Positions 26,905-39,447 of a stretch of 64,000 nt of DNA are shown here, piece by piece. Positions within the stretch are counted from its first letter, which is position 1. Each line of letters opens with the position of its first letter. Position numbers and translations under genes: made by a program. The DNA lies in assembly GCF_036321535.1 (NCBI RefSeq), contig NC_087436.1, positions 66,838,001 to 66,902,000 on the forward strand, in the 5' to 3' direction. The DNA is from Camelus dromedarius (Eukaryota). The notes below the pieces were generated by a model that saw only the letters and a list, made by a program, of their open reading frames with translations, was not told where the DNA came from and searched no databases.

Positions 26905-27160
26905 TACTAAAGTAACATTTATTAGTATCTTTTCTGTGCCAGGCATTACTTTAATTGTTTTATAGATATTAACTCATTTAATCCTCACAAACATCCTATG
27001 TCATAGATACTATTATTCTTCCCATTTTACAAGTGGAAAACTGAAGTTCTGGGAGATCTGAGTAACTTTCCCACATCACACAGGTAGTCAGTGGCAGAGA
27101 CAGTATAAAAACCAGAATGTCTGGCTCCACAGTTGAGATTTTTAACCAATTTAACACTAA
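26905..27160 (-). mobile_element. MIR SINE
   Basis: tgtgccaggcatt...tcatttaatcctcacaaacatcctatg...cccattttacaagtggaaaactgaag. Confidence 0.8.
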
Positions 27161-27186
27161 TTTGCTGCTCAGTGTAACATATTAAA

Positions 27187-27213
27187 CACACACACACACA
27201 CACACACACGCAC
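27187..27213. repeat. (CA)n microsatellite
   Basis: Visible CA dinucleotide run. Confidence 0.9.
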
Positions 27214-28129
27214 AGATTCTACTCTGTGCATTTTATTTTGAAGACAACAAAACTATATTAGGTACCTCATGTAGGGAAAGGGGAAAAGAACTGAAAATGT
27301 GATATCCTAGCTTAATTATTTTTATCTTTTCCTTTTTTTGTAAAATAAAATTTGTGAATACTAAATGAAAATAACTATATTAGGGCTTTAAATTGAATAG
27401 AGATGCCCACAAATTGGGCAGTCAGAGGATCTGTGTCTCTGTTACTGGGTGAGTTGCTGTGTACAGTGTAGCAGATGTATGATGGTTATAAGCAGCACAC
27501 TAGATGGCCAAAAGCAACATGAGTGGATCTATGAAATATTTTGATTATGGTGAAAAAGATTAGGAGTCCGAACGAGACATTTAATATAACCATTACATTA
27601 AACTTAAAGCATATGCATAAAATGCTAAATAAACATTTAATAAGAATACTTAGGAATAAAAATAAGCAATTAATCTATGAAAAGGCTGCTGTTTAGGAAA
27701 ATGCAAATGGATTTGGGATAAACGCAGTACATAAGAAAATCCATAAACCAGGAGAGGAACTTGCTTAGTTCAAAGATGTAATGTGCCATGAGTTGAGACA
27801 TATTATTGACTCAACCCTCATCACCTGAAATAGAAAAAAATACAGAATGAAGGAAGGAAAGAACACAGGGAGGGAAGAAGGAAGGAAGAGGGGGAGAGAG
27901 AAAGATACAATGGACAAATCTTAATTACTTGAAAAAACATATTTTTTTTAAAATAATAGAGATAATTTGTTTAACAATTATATGTAGAAATTTTCATTCA
28001 AGTTTGACCAAATTCCCTGGATATCGTAGTTTAAATCCACTTTATATATTTATAAAACCCAGGTAATGAACTTTAGCTCTCCAACATAGAAATCAGAACT
28101 CAAAAACATCCAGATCCTTTTCCTGTTAG

Positions 28130-28580
28130 AACAAAGACATATACGGCTTGAGATTCATCAAACAGACTTGCCCAGGCAAGATACTGATTCAAATAGGCAA
28201 CTTAAGAAATCAGGCTCTTTATGAAGTTTTCAGTTTTTTACCTTCTGCTGGTGAAGATGGCAGCAAAATACGAATATTTTGTTGGTGGCAATACTGAAGA
28301 GTTTTCAGCAGCCTCGAGTTTGAGATTCTGAAGTAGCAATGCTACTAGTGGCAGCAGCAATTGCAATAAAGTCAAGTGCTTGCTATTTATTGCTTGACAA
28401 CTGGCTTCATCAGGCCAGATCTGTGGTAGAGTACTGGGCATTTCTCCTGAAAACATAGCCTCTAATCTTTGAATCGATTCTTCTCAATGATTGTATAAAC
28501 CACTTAATATCCTTTATTAAAAGCCTCTTGTGTTTAAACTAGCCAGAGTAAATGTTATTTGCAAATAAGAGAATAGACAT
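28130..28580 (+). mobile_element. ERVL-class 5' LTR (LTR16-like)
   Basis: 3' part cttaatatcctttattaaaagcctcttgtgtttaaactagccagagtaaatgttatttgcaaataaga resembles LTR16-type ends and lies directly upstream of ERVL internal sequence. The 5' boundary is uncertain. Confidence 0.5.
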
Positions 28581-31330
28581 TAAAACCAAAAAATGTTCCC
28601 AAAAGAGAAGTGCTGCAGGAAACAGTCTTTTGAAGGAATGGGAATTTGGACCAGTCATTTGACTGGTTGCATTTCAGTGCAGCAAGAACCTATGTAGTTT
28701 TAATCTGATGACACCTGGCAGATAGTGGCTTATGTCTCATCACCTCTGGTCATCTCAATAAAGTGATTCTTGATGGTAATATTTTTGGTGACCAAATTCC
28801 ATCTGTTTTGATACTATAAAAGCATGAGAAATACAAGAAATATAAGAAGGACAGGCTGTGTCTAACTGCACAGCAGAATTTAAAGAAATAAAATAAGCTT
28901 TTTAAAGTTTAAATTCTCTGCTCAAGTCATATTGAGATAATCAGAGAGTCTTCATGTCAGAAGTATCTCATGTCCTCTGACAGTGGAAAGGATAACAGAA
29001 CTGCACATCAAAAAGCAAGTCTCATCCCACAGAATTCCTAAACTGTGAAGATGATTGACTTTATTGCCTTGCCATATGAGAAAATGAGGCCATTGACTGA
29101 AAAACAAGTGAAATCCTGAGCACTGGAAAGCGAATATGTGGGAGAATTCAGGTGATTCAAAATACTCTCAATGTCTAAAACTTACCGAGTCTCTCTTGCT
29201 ACCATTAAGTTGTTCCACAGCTGACTAAGGAAGCTGTTCCTTCATGTTTTCAATATCAAGTCCACATCTTATCTAAGATCATTAACTAAGAAAAGGAAGT
29301 AATTGTCTTCCTGCCCAAACCTATTACTTCATCCGAACTCAAGATCCCAACATCCTCTTGGGAGCCAATTATCTAGTCAACCCTGGGGACAAGAAGCTTC
29401 CTGAATATGAGTCTCACAAGATTCCATAACTTAAACTGAAGCACAGGGAGCATGTGTGAAAATAGGTTTTATGTGTTCCTTATGGAGGAGTGAGAAACGG
29501 TTTAATTTAAGCTGGTACGAATGCATGATTAGAGATTCTGGATTCAGTGTGCTTCTCCAAGTAGCTAGCACAAGTGCTAAGTGCTTCTTCAACCTATTGA
29601 CCAAAATCTGGACTGAAAGGTGGACAAAGTATAAAGTTCAGATATTAGGAATTCCTTGTTTTAATGTAGAAGAAGAAACTGGGACCTTCTGAAATGGGAA
29701 TGTTAAAGTGGATTTATTTGCCAAGACTTATGAAACTATGCAATAATTGCATCTTCACAAAGGACCCAGAAGACACTTTATTTACGATAATGATGAGAAA
29801 TAAATTGATGAGACAGTGCCATCCTTATAAACAAAATCTCTATAATTTCTGTTCTCCAGACTTGAGAATACAGAGATTAGACCTACAGTGAAATGATTTC
29901 TTGATTTCTTTAGGGTTTAGGTGAGGCAAAGGCCAAGTAGTGGCACTTTACCACTAGAAGGAAAGTGAGCACAGACTTCATAATGGGTAGCAGATGTGAC
30001 TGGAAAAAGTCAAGTACGACAGCATTTAGCGACTGAAGCAATGGGCCTTTTGATCTGTATCACCAATGATAGCAAGGTCTAAGAAATCCAAATCAAAATT
30101 TAGTGACCCAGTTAGTCACGGTTGCTTACCAATTCCCAGACCTAAGGGAGCTTACTTACCCCAGCCCCTTAAATGAAGAGGAAGGTGACTGTCCTTAAGA
30201 AGGACCGTGTAAAGCAGCATATGTCAATACTGTACATCTTCCCTTTTAGCCATTCTGAGAGGTGTCTCTGGCCATTTCTAAATAAGCAGGAGGGGAGTGT
30301 CACTGCCCAGATTATAAAATTTAGATTTCTAGATCTAAATTTAGATCTAGAAACTAGGATATAGAACACAGACCTCTCTGATTATTAAAATAACTGCCTC
30401 TGAGCCAACACTAATCCCCGTGGGTCCAGAATACCACTAAGAAACACTGATCTGAGGGGAGGCTATCGGGGTAATGTGATGACTGAGATTTTGTCCTGAC
30501 CCCATATTACAATTGGTGCAGTGATGCCTCTATTCAATCCTTTGATTATTTCACCACGTCATTGGTATATATTTGGAAGTTTTACTCTTCAACTGAAAGA
30601 AATCTCTGTCTCTGAAACCCATGTGGTAAAAAGCTGTAAAACTGTAGTAACGACCAACCTAAAGCATCTCCAGCCTACCAAAAGAGCAAGCACACATCTT
30701 TAGTGGATCTATAGAGAAATGCAGCAATTAGTGACATGATAAGAAAATGGAAGAGTCAAGAGTGGGGATTCCAAACACGCAGATTTAAATTTCCTGTTCA
30801 GTCTGTATAAAAGACAAACTAATCTTGGCAAATAACAATACATTTAATCAAGTGGTGATTGCAAATACAACCTATAGGTTCTCTCCACTGAAGAAAATCA
30901 ACAAGGACCCTCAGAGTTATCACAGTAACAATGAATGGTCTAGCAAGCGACAATGAATTTTTTTTTTTTTTACATCTTGATAAACAGAGACCAACAAAAA
31001 ATATCTGTTGCCCCCTTCTCAGGGACAACTGTATAATTTTACTTTACTGTTTCAGCATTCTCCTTAATTTCCAACTCTACAGTGTAATTGGGTCTCAGGA
31101 ACCCTGATCATCTCGACATCCTATGAGACATCATGCTGGACAACTACATGAATGACACCAAACTGAAAGTACTCCATTAAATGGAATTATCACATCCCCC
31201 AGAGACCTTTGCAAGATCCAAGAAATAAAACCCTTCAAAATATAGGAACCACATTTCTTAGTGATATTTCTAATAGCCTGGGACAGATTGGGACACCCCC
31301 TCCAAAACATTTGTTGTACTTTGCAACTCA
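28580..31330 (+). mobile_element. Decayed ERVL internal region (gag-pro-RT remnants)
   Basis: Gag-like peptides RDSGFSVLLQ...KIWTERW...IPCFNVEEE and MGMLKWIY...DPEDTLFTIMMRNKL (ORFs 29456-29891). Protease-like TASEPTLIPVGP at ~30393-30428. RT-like remnants at ~30760-31290. Confidence 0.78.
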
Positions 31331-31350
31331 TATCATGTGAATCTAGCAAT

Positions 31351-31469
31351 TAATGAAAAAGAATATGAAAATGAATATATGTATATATATGCCTGACTGG
31401 AATATTATGCTGTACACCAGAAATTGACACATAATATCTAACTATACTTCAATTAAAAAGAAAAAAAAA
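31351..31469 (+). mobile_element. Short L1 3' end with poly-A
   Basis: taatgaaaaagaatatgaaaatgaatatatgta...tgctgtacaccagaaattgacac...actatacttcaattaaaaag; closely similar to 53548-53655. Confidence 0.85.
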
Positions 31470-34400
31470 CTTGGTCTATTTCAGCTCAGAATTAGGATTC
31501 TGTACCTTTGCATATTGAAGTACTAATACTTTTGTTTCTTCAGTTAGAATAAGCTAAATCTTTCTCAAGATAAGTTGTACATTTATACATATCAAAAGAG
31601 CTTTAAGATGTAACTCCGGATAAAGTATGTCTAGTGCAAAATTATTTTAAAATAAAAACTTTAAAAATCTCTTTATAGAAGAATATGATAAATGCACACT
31701 CATTTGTGAGCAAATAATGAAACATTTAAAGTAACTGCTTTCAATGGGATTTTTAATTTTCACACTATGTCGATATATCACTCTTCATCTACCTATCTAT
31801 CCATCTATCTAGCAGGTACATATTTTAGATGCCCTAAAATAATAAAACAGAAGAACAACAGGAGTGAACAATAGAAGTGTTGTCATGTAAATAATCTAAA
31901 TACTTCTTTGCAAAATAATTAGGTCAATTTTTTTTTAAAAGAATGAATTGTGTAAGAAAGACAAACTCACTAAAAAACTGGAGAAACTCAATGAATTTTA
32001 TGCCTTTTCTAAGTTTGAGTTTGATAAAGGATGGTTTATATATCCATCATTTTATCCAATTTACAATTTGACTATTTGTTGAGTTCCTTACATAATTAAC
32101 ATATTCACATTTTATTTTCCTGTCGGTTTCCCCTTCTCACACACAGCATTCTTTTACCTTTTTGTAGGTAATTTCATTTCTTGATCCTCCCCTTCATATG
32201 TGTTTGTTTGCTGACCACATCATGATAATCCCCACAACAATTTTCCCATTCTTTCCTGTCAACCTCAGTACTATTTGCTGCACTTTATAAGGACCATAAA
32301 TTCCAACTAATTGTAGTATTTAGCTTTTCCTAAGACTTCATGTTTTACTAGACTATTAAACTATATGCAAAAAAGTATCATTTGAATTCAGACAACTTCT
32401 CACAAAAGCAAAATGCTAGACTCCATAATGATACAGTGGTTGGAAAACGTCTTAAATGCTGTATAGACATCCATAAATGAATCATTTAATCACTATCCTC
32501 GGCATGAAATCATTATTTTCTTTTAGAGACTGAGATCAGCCAGGGTTACCTAATCAATCTCAGTTTCTAGCTTAATACAAGATTCTCATCTTGAAAAAAT
32601 TACTATTTTCTTCTTGTACTTTTTGGCTATAATTTTGAATCTGGACAGTTCATACATCACACTGATTTCACAAACATCAATCAATCAGAAAATGACAAAA
32701 AAATATAAATTTGAAACAAATCAATTAAGAAAAATGCATTTCTCAAAAAAACACTCCTTAGAGGAGATGGAAATGGAAGTGAAAATGTACTGAAAGAAGT
32801 TTTATATAAAATCCAGTACAGATAACTTTCTTCAGTTTAATGCTGAAAAAATATTCAAACATTAAAACCAACTATTACACTTTCTACAATGTTGGTACTT
32901 GATAAATGTCCAGCACGGTGGAATTAAATATAAGATTTTTTAGGAGCTACTTAAAATGAACAGTTTGTGGAAACTGAGATTTGGTTAGTCTGGAATGTAA
33001 GATACTGATATTTTTATTTTTTAATTTTTATTTTTTTGGTAGATTTGCAAGAATTTTACAGTATGTGTATTCTGAGAAAGTAGGGAAAAAAGCTGCAACT
33101 AAAAGTCAACAAAATGTCTGCTCTGAATACAAATGTTTGCTTTACATGATAGCCGTGCCTTGAACAGCTGGATGAAAATTATTCTTTCTTGGTATTTAAA
33201 GTATTTATAATTCAAAAAACACGCTTTGCATCCTAACAGGTCAGCAAGTAAAAGATAACTACAGCAAATACTTATTAATCTCATTATTTTAAATATAAAC
33301 AGTCATTTCCTACATCTAGTTCATGAGAGAAATATCTTTCAAAGAAGTTAAGGTTATGCAAGCTAAACAATATTATCCCAAAGGAATACAACTCTTAATG
33401 CCTGCTCAGTATGCTTTCAGTACGTTGATGGAAGATTCACATGCAGAAGCAAGTAAGCTTGAAAAATGTTGCATATGAAACCTGAAATTGTATGTTTAAT
33501 GCTAATACTTTTCTGATGTGGGAAGATAGTTCACATTCACAGAATGCTTGTGGCATCTAGAAACTGTGATGGAAAAGTGATATACACTAGTATTGCCAGC
33601 AGCTGAGTCTATAACTGAAGGAAAACTTATTTTTCACTATTTTTGTCTAGTTCTTAAGCACTTTTATTAGTTTGATCTTAGATTAGGGAGTAAACAGAGA
33701 AAAATATACAGGACTCACTGAAGAAAGTGATAGATGTGTGTACAGTGTTTTTTCTCATGGAATAAAAACAGTGCTGTGAACACATACTCAACATGGATGA
33801 GAACATCTAGAGTGCGTAGAATGACTCAGTGAATTACTCAAATATCTTTATATCGTCTGGGCTACTTCTGAATGTTTTCCTCAGGTATAGCAATCAAAAA
33901 TAACTATGAACTCAATGGCATGTGTTTTTCTTCTTTTCAAAAGATAATCACTTCATTTACCTGACACACCCAATAATTCACATTATTTCAGTGAAGACTT
34001 GATTACAACAGCATACTCTTGTCAACCAGATCATCTACCACCTGCAAACTTAGACTAACATTATATGAATTAAGTCTAATTTGATTTGGTCAAACACATC
34101 CTATTCTACTGTGAGCTCTACTGGCAAGGATGTCCTCACTGACCAAAGTCCATCTGAGGCACTGTTAAGGTAACAAGCTTATGCCCCTGCACTGAGAGCT
34201 GTGGACAAGGAATACAGGGTAAATTACATTTAATTCAGCCATAGTTTACCTTTGGTTTTTATTTTAGCAGAAGAGAAGCCCTCTATATTGATTTACTTAA
34301 AATGGAGTATGTGAGGGGAACCTTTAGGGGAATTAGCAGTTCAAGCAGAACTGTTTTCTTTGCTCCCTAATAATTACTCCCGAGTATTTCCAAGATCTTC

Positions 34401-34991
34401 CTATGGAGAAGAGATGTACTTTCACATCTATGGTAGTTGCACAATAGTTCATAGTTATTTTAATTTTGCTAAACAGATTTATCAAAGAAAAATTACTTCA
34501 TGCATTTTTATAACAAGAGTGACAGAAATAATAAGAAAACCCTATTGCAATCTGCAAAAGAAATTCAGCTGTGGTGCCAAACAAACAAGCAAATAAAACC
34601 TGCTTGATTACAGCCAAATTAATGAATAAAACAAAAAAACTTAAAGTAAACAAAGCACCAAAAATGTAGATCTGAGCTACAATAATTGCCTTGTGTGAAA
34701 TTTTGGGATAAAAAATAATTGCTAGCCAATGGATTTGAGCCAAAGATGTATTTTCTAATGAAAAAATTCAATTAAAATCTCTCTCTTTTTTTCTGTCCAT
34801 GGCTGTGTCTGCTAAGAAAGCTTTAGCTTTTATTTGTTTAAAACTGAAAAAAAAAAGCATTTCAAGATGTTTCGAATTTAAATCCTAACCCTCTGGATAA
34901 TGGGAAGTTCTCTAACATGTCTCAGGCAACTTGGCCCTCAGCTGTGGAGATACAGCCTAAGGTACATGATTTGGTTGGACATCACACTTAC

Positions 34992-35327
34992 CTGCTTGAT
35001 TTGTGGTTACATTTACAGACACATACTGCCGGGCTCCAGGGCTCAAGTCGGACACTCCATTCACTGCCTCAATCTCAAAGGTATAGTTTGTGTGAGCGAG
35101 CAGATCCACCATCATGACAGAGGTGTTTTTCAGGCCGGTTTGCTGGGGGAGGTACCTGACATGACCGCCACACTCGTCACACACACCTGCATGGGAGTTG
35201 CACTTCTTGCATGCAATATAATATGACACATCTTTCCTTCCACCAGTGTCAGCAGGAGGAATCCATTCCAGAAAGACACTAGTTTCATTAACATTTGAGA
35301 TGGCATTCCGAGGAGCTGAGGGGGGTC
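34992..35327 (-). CDS. EPHA5: EPHA5 internal coding exon (probably exon 5; first fibronectin type III domain)
   Basis: Translates (R)[42 protein letters not shown]...[34 protein letters not shown]. Acceptor ttttttcactttactttgcaaaccag|, donor |gtaagt. 336 bp, phase 1-1. Joins the upstream exon in frame (A+GA=Arg). Confidence 0.97.
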
Positions 35328-38300
35328 CTGGTTTGCAAAGTAAAGTGAAAAAAACAAATTTTGAGATGATAAAATTAGGCATTTGTTTACTACACAAATC
35401 TCTGGTCTGAGGGAAAAAACAGATTTGCAATCAATCTTTTAAGCAGGGAGAATGCAAGAGTCATCAATTTGTAATAATCTTTGAAAAATCTTGTTATAGT
35501 TTTGTAGGGACAATAGTGGGGTTTATATCCTATAGAAATGACTTATCTTGGCAATCTTATGAGTTAAATTAAAGAAGATGTTTTGTTTAGTGTATATGTA
35601 AAGCATTATGGAGTAAAAACAAAAAGTAATGTGAGATAAAATTATGTATTCAAACAGTGGCAAGTTCTTCAGCAAGTCCAAGGAAAAATTTTCCTTGGGG
35701 ACTGAACTGATTACTTCCCTCACAGATACTTGTCCCTGAAACCTAGGAAGTAAATCTGAAGTATTTACTAAGCAAGGAGCACAGGTAGAAATAGGAATTT
35801 TCACTGTGGCTCTTGACTACAAATTCTGCAGGAAGTTAAAAAAAATAGCCTTAGTTTATTCAAAATACATTGCATATCTACTGATCAATCATTAACAAAA
35901 TTAGACCCTTCCTCATATACCAAGATAGAACTAGAATTTAAGTAGTTGATCAACACTACAATCTGCAATAAAATTTTGCTTACATTGATATCATTTTAAT
36001 ATTACGGCTCTGAAAAATTGTGAATTTTACTTAACTGGAAATGTAAAACTGATTTTAAAAATAACTCTCAAAAATACAATGAAAGGAAGAATGAACATGC
36101 TCAGACCTTGAAAAGATCAGCAGGATAAATTTATATATAAATAAGAAATAATACCCGTGTGCACATTGCTTTATTTCTGAAACCAATACTTAGCAGACTA
36201 AAGAGAACTAACATCGGTTACATATCAATTGTAGCAAATGTATAACTCTGGTGGGGGATGTGGATAATGGGGAGGCTACGCATGTGTGCCGGCAGGGGAC
36301 GTATGGGAAATCTCTCTAATTTCCTCTCAGTTTTTTTATGAGCTTAAAACAGCTCTAAAAAAATAAAGTCTAAAATAATTGCATAATGTCTGGCTCTGTA
36401 GTAGATTTTCAGATATTTAGAGTTACAACCTCAGTCAGCTGTTAATATTATATGATCTGATGTACTCAAAGAGAAAATACACCTAAATTTGTTTCAAACT
36501 TAGTAAAGATTTCCCAACAGGGAATAAAATCGACTGTGATGGTAGCTGAATGGTTCATAAGCATAAATTAAGCTACTTAGGATGACATATCTTAGTTATC
36601 TTAATATACGCTGTCTGCTCTAGATACAGAAATTAGTATAAATTTCTACCTAACATTTATTAAGCCATGACTGCTGAGGACTAACTGTAAATGTAAAAAG
36701 AAAGCTACCTCGTATTTGTAAAATTTCACTTAAAGAACTCCATTAACGTAAGAGTTGCCATTTTTGACAAAACAGTCCCCACCTTGGCTATATTTGTGGT
36801 TGAGTCCTGTAAATTTCCCATACAACCTCACACACTTCAATATAAAACAGTCACTTTTAAGTTGAAACAAATATTTAAGATGGAAATACAAGTATTATTT
36901 TTTACTATTACATTTAGCTTATTTAACAGTGGAACGTTACAGAAAAAAATGCAATTTGAGATTAAAATGTTACAGGTCTATTTCTGTAAAAAGGTAAAAT
37001 CTACTTGAAATATGTCTATTTCAGAAAGATATCAAACTTCTTGACTTTTTTCCCCTGCCAACGGAAATATACCCACAGTTAACACCTTTCCTCTCTCTAA
37101 ATCTGTAACCCTGCATCAGAGTCTGCCCCTTCCTTTTCTTCAGACTCTGCTACTAACAGCCCCTCAGCATGTGGGTGGGGACACATATGCCTCTCAAACT
37201 CAAAGTGAAACTCACATTCAAGGGAAGCTCCAAGACATAACCAGTAGAGGCTCAGACTGACATATACCTAAAAATAATGTAATGAAATTCCACTGTCCTA
37301 TTAATAGATGCGATGTATGAACCAAAGCTGGGCTGTGAGGAGTACCCTTAATGTAAGCAGATTTATTAGAATCTTAATTTTGTTTGATTTTCTTTCCCTA
37401 GAAGTTTACAACATTTTGTTTTCCAGAGTACTAGAAAAAATATTAGAAGGAGTTGAAATCATAAATTTAATTCCAGAGAGCCAAAGAGACATCAATCAAG
37501 CCATCTCCTCTGTTCAAGGGGGTCATCATATGCAGTACTTGTGGTACAATGAATGCAAGTAAAAACAGAACACACACACTCACAGATTATATATTAGAAA
37601 GACCTCCTACAGGAGTCCCAATAGTTGTTTTTGAGAAATGCATACAAATTAGTGTTCTTTTGAGACACAGTATTGGAAATTCACACACCTGGAGACAGAG
37701 GAAAACATGAAGCCTCAGGTCCTAACAGAGAGCTAAGCAGTCCCTGCCACCAGAGCACGGGCTCTCCCCCATTCCCAAACCTTGTAAACTTACAGAAAGG
37801 GAGGCTCACATTTATGCTGAGAAAGAGAAAGATCATGGCTGGACCACTTAAATAAAATACTTAAAAACTTAATGAAATGCCAGTAATTCAAAACATGGTT
37901 TTCTCTCCCTAAATTACCACTCTATGATCTAGCTAACTTTTCACCCCCACCACCTGGGCTTTCTTTGGCTCTGAATAATTGAAGCAATCTCCACTGCAAC
38001 CAAGATGCATTACATTCAATCAGTTTATACCTCCATTCAAATGTATCCTTTCAAAAAATGTATATAATAATGCTGCTTATTCATTTGAAGATGAATTGTT
38101 TGTAATTAGTGATCATCTAACCCATAAAATTATCAGAATGTGATAAAAGAATGATTGTTAGAAATGTAAACTCAATATCAATGATTTGAGAAATTATGAA
38201 AATATGTTTCACTGAAACTATGACATTCAGACACTGAAATTCAGATGAAATTTCAGTTTGTGATTATTTGATTAAAGAAGTTGTATGTCTTTATACATAA

Positions 38301-39291
38301 TACTAGTGAATATTAAATTTCAAAAATTTTTGTTCATCTTTGAAAGCAACTACAACTTACTGGGATCTAAAATAGTAGGACATGGGACATCATGGAAATT
38401 TAATGTTATGGGGAAAGGGGATTCACTGTTCTTCCCTTTCATTTTCTGTTTTTGTTTGATCTGTTATGGAGACTATGATTGTGGAGAAAATAAAGACGTA
38501 TTGTCATTACGAAAACTAACATATAGATTTGTTTACTTCCCCAAAATAATCTGGAATATAAGAAAAACAAAGCACCAAAACATTGATAGATATGGATGCA
38601 TCCACTACAAATGTTGGAATTAAATGTTTAATATTCATCTCTTCTAATTTTAAGATTACCTGATCTTATAATTAATAATAGTTAAAAGCACTCACTATTC
38701 ATAAACACAACAAATACTTGAAAATTCTAGCTGACACCTGGTTTTGTATTTGACTCAAGTCTGACTTGCTAACCCCCAGTTCTCCATGTTCTTGTAGTGT
38801 TTCCTGTCTTCTTTTATAAATGACCTTCTCATTGGCCTCTGCAGCTTAGTGGGGCAGGTTAGAACAAGGAGGTGGAAGTGCTATTTACTGCATATTTTTG
38901 TGATCAGAAAGTTGGCTAGGAAGAAGAAGAAGAAGAGGAAGAAAAATAAAATAGGTTTACCAGGAACAAGGAAATGAATTTATCAAAGTTATGTGTAGCT
39001 ATCATGAACACTAAAACAAATCATAAAACAAAAGGAAAAATGCTGTATTTGTGGCTCAGATGTTGAATTTGAAATTAGGGGAAAGGGATGCTTCTAACCG
39101 TAAGTGATAAAAGAGACTCAAATTTCTCAATGCTCATTCAAGAAGACTGAAATCTGGTGACATACTCTATTGGAAGATTAACCATTATGCCTGTTGTGGG
39201 GAAATGGGAATAGAATGTTAACAGGCTCCATCATGCTCTTTCTTCAAACTGGTGAAAGTCAGCATCACCAAATATCCGTGGGTTTCCTTAC
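35328..39291 (-). other. EPHA5: EPHA5 GT-AG intron between the two exons (3964 bp)
   Basis: Bounded on the minus strand by GT at 39291-39290 and AG at 35329-35328; reading frame is preserved across the junction. Confidence 0.93.
36218..36373 (+). mobile_element. Ancient L1 (L1MC-like) 3' end fragment
   Basis: caattgtagcaaatgtataactctggtgggggatgtggataatggggaggctacgcatg...acagctctaaaaaaataaagtcta. Confidence 0.75.
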
Positions 39292-39447
39292 TTGTGCATG
39301 CCATTGTGGGTGGATCAGACTCCCTCCTGAAATAATCCTTTTCACAGACACAAGAGGTTGAAGCTTCCTCATGGGTGTAACTGTGAGGTGGACATTTGCT
39401 GCAGCTCTGGCTGTGAGGTGAGGCTTTGAAGAACCCAGGTCTGCACA
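39292..39447 (-). CDS. EPHA5: EPHA5 internal coding exon (probably exon 4; Cys-rich/EGF-like region)
   Basis: Translates (V)CRPGFFKASPHSQSCSKCPPHSYTHEEASTSCVCEKDYFRRESDPPTMACT(R), recognised as EphA5 ectodomain. Minus-strand acceptor tttcttttgacag| precedes 39447 and donor |gtaagg follows 39292. 156 bp, phase 1-1. Confidence 0.96.

Noticed and set aside
27845..27905. Purine-rich tract as a functional element
   Set aside because: Ordinary low-complexity GA-rich repeat.
34957..35430. 157-aa ORF as a stand-alone gene (likewise the 78-aa ORF 39218-39454)
   Set aside because: These are EPHA5 exons extended by in-frame intronic sequence; splice sites define the real limits.
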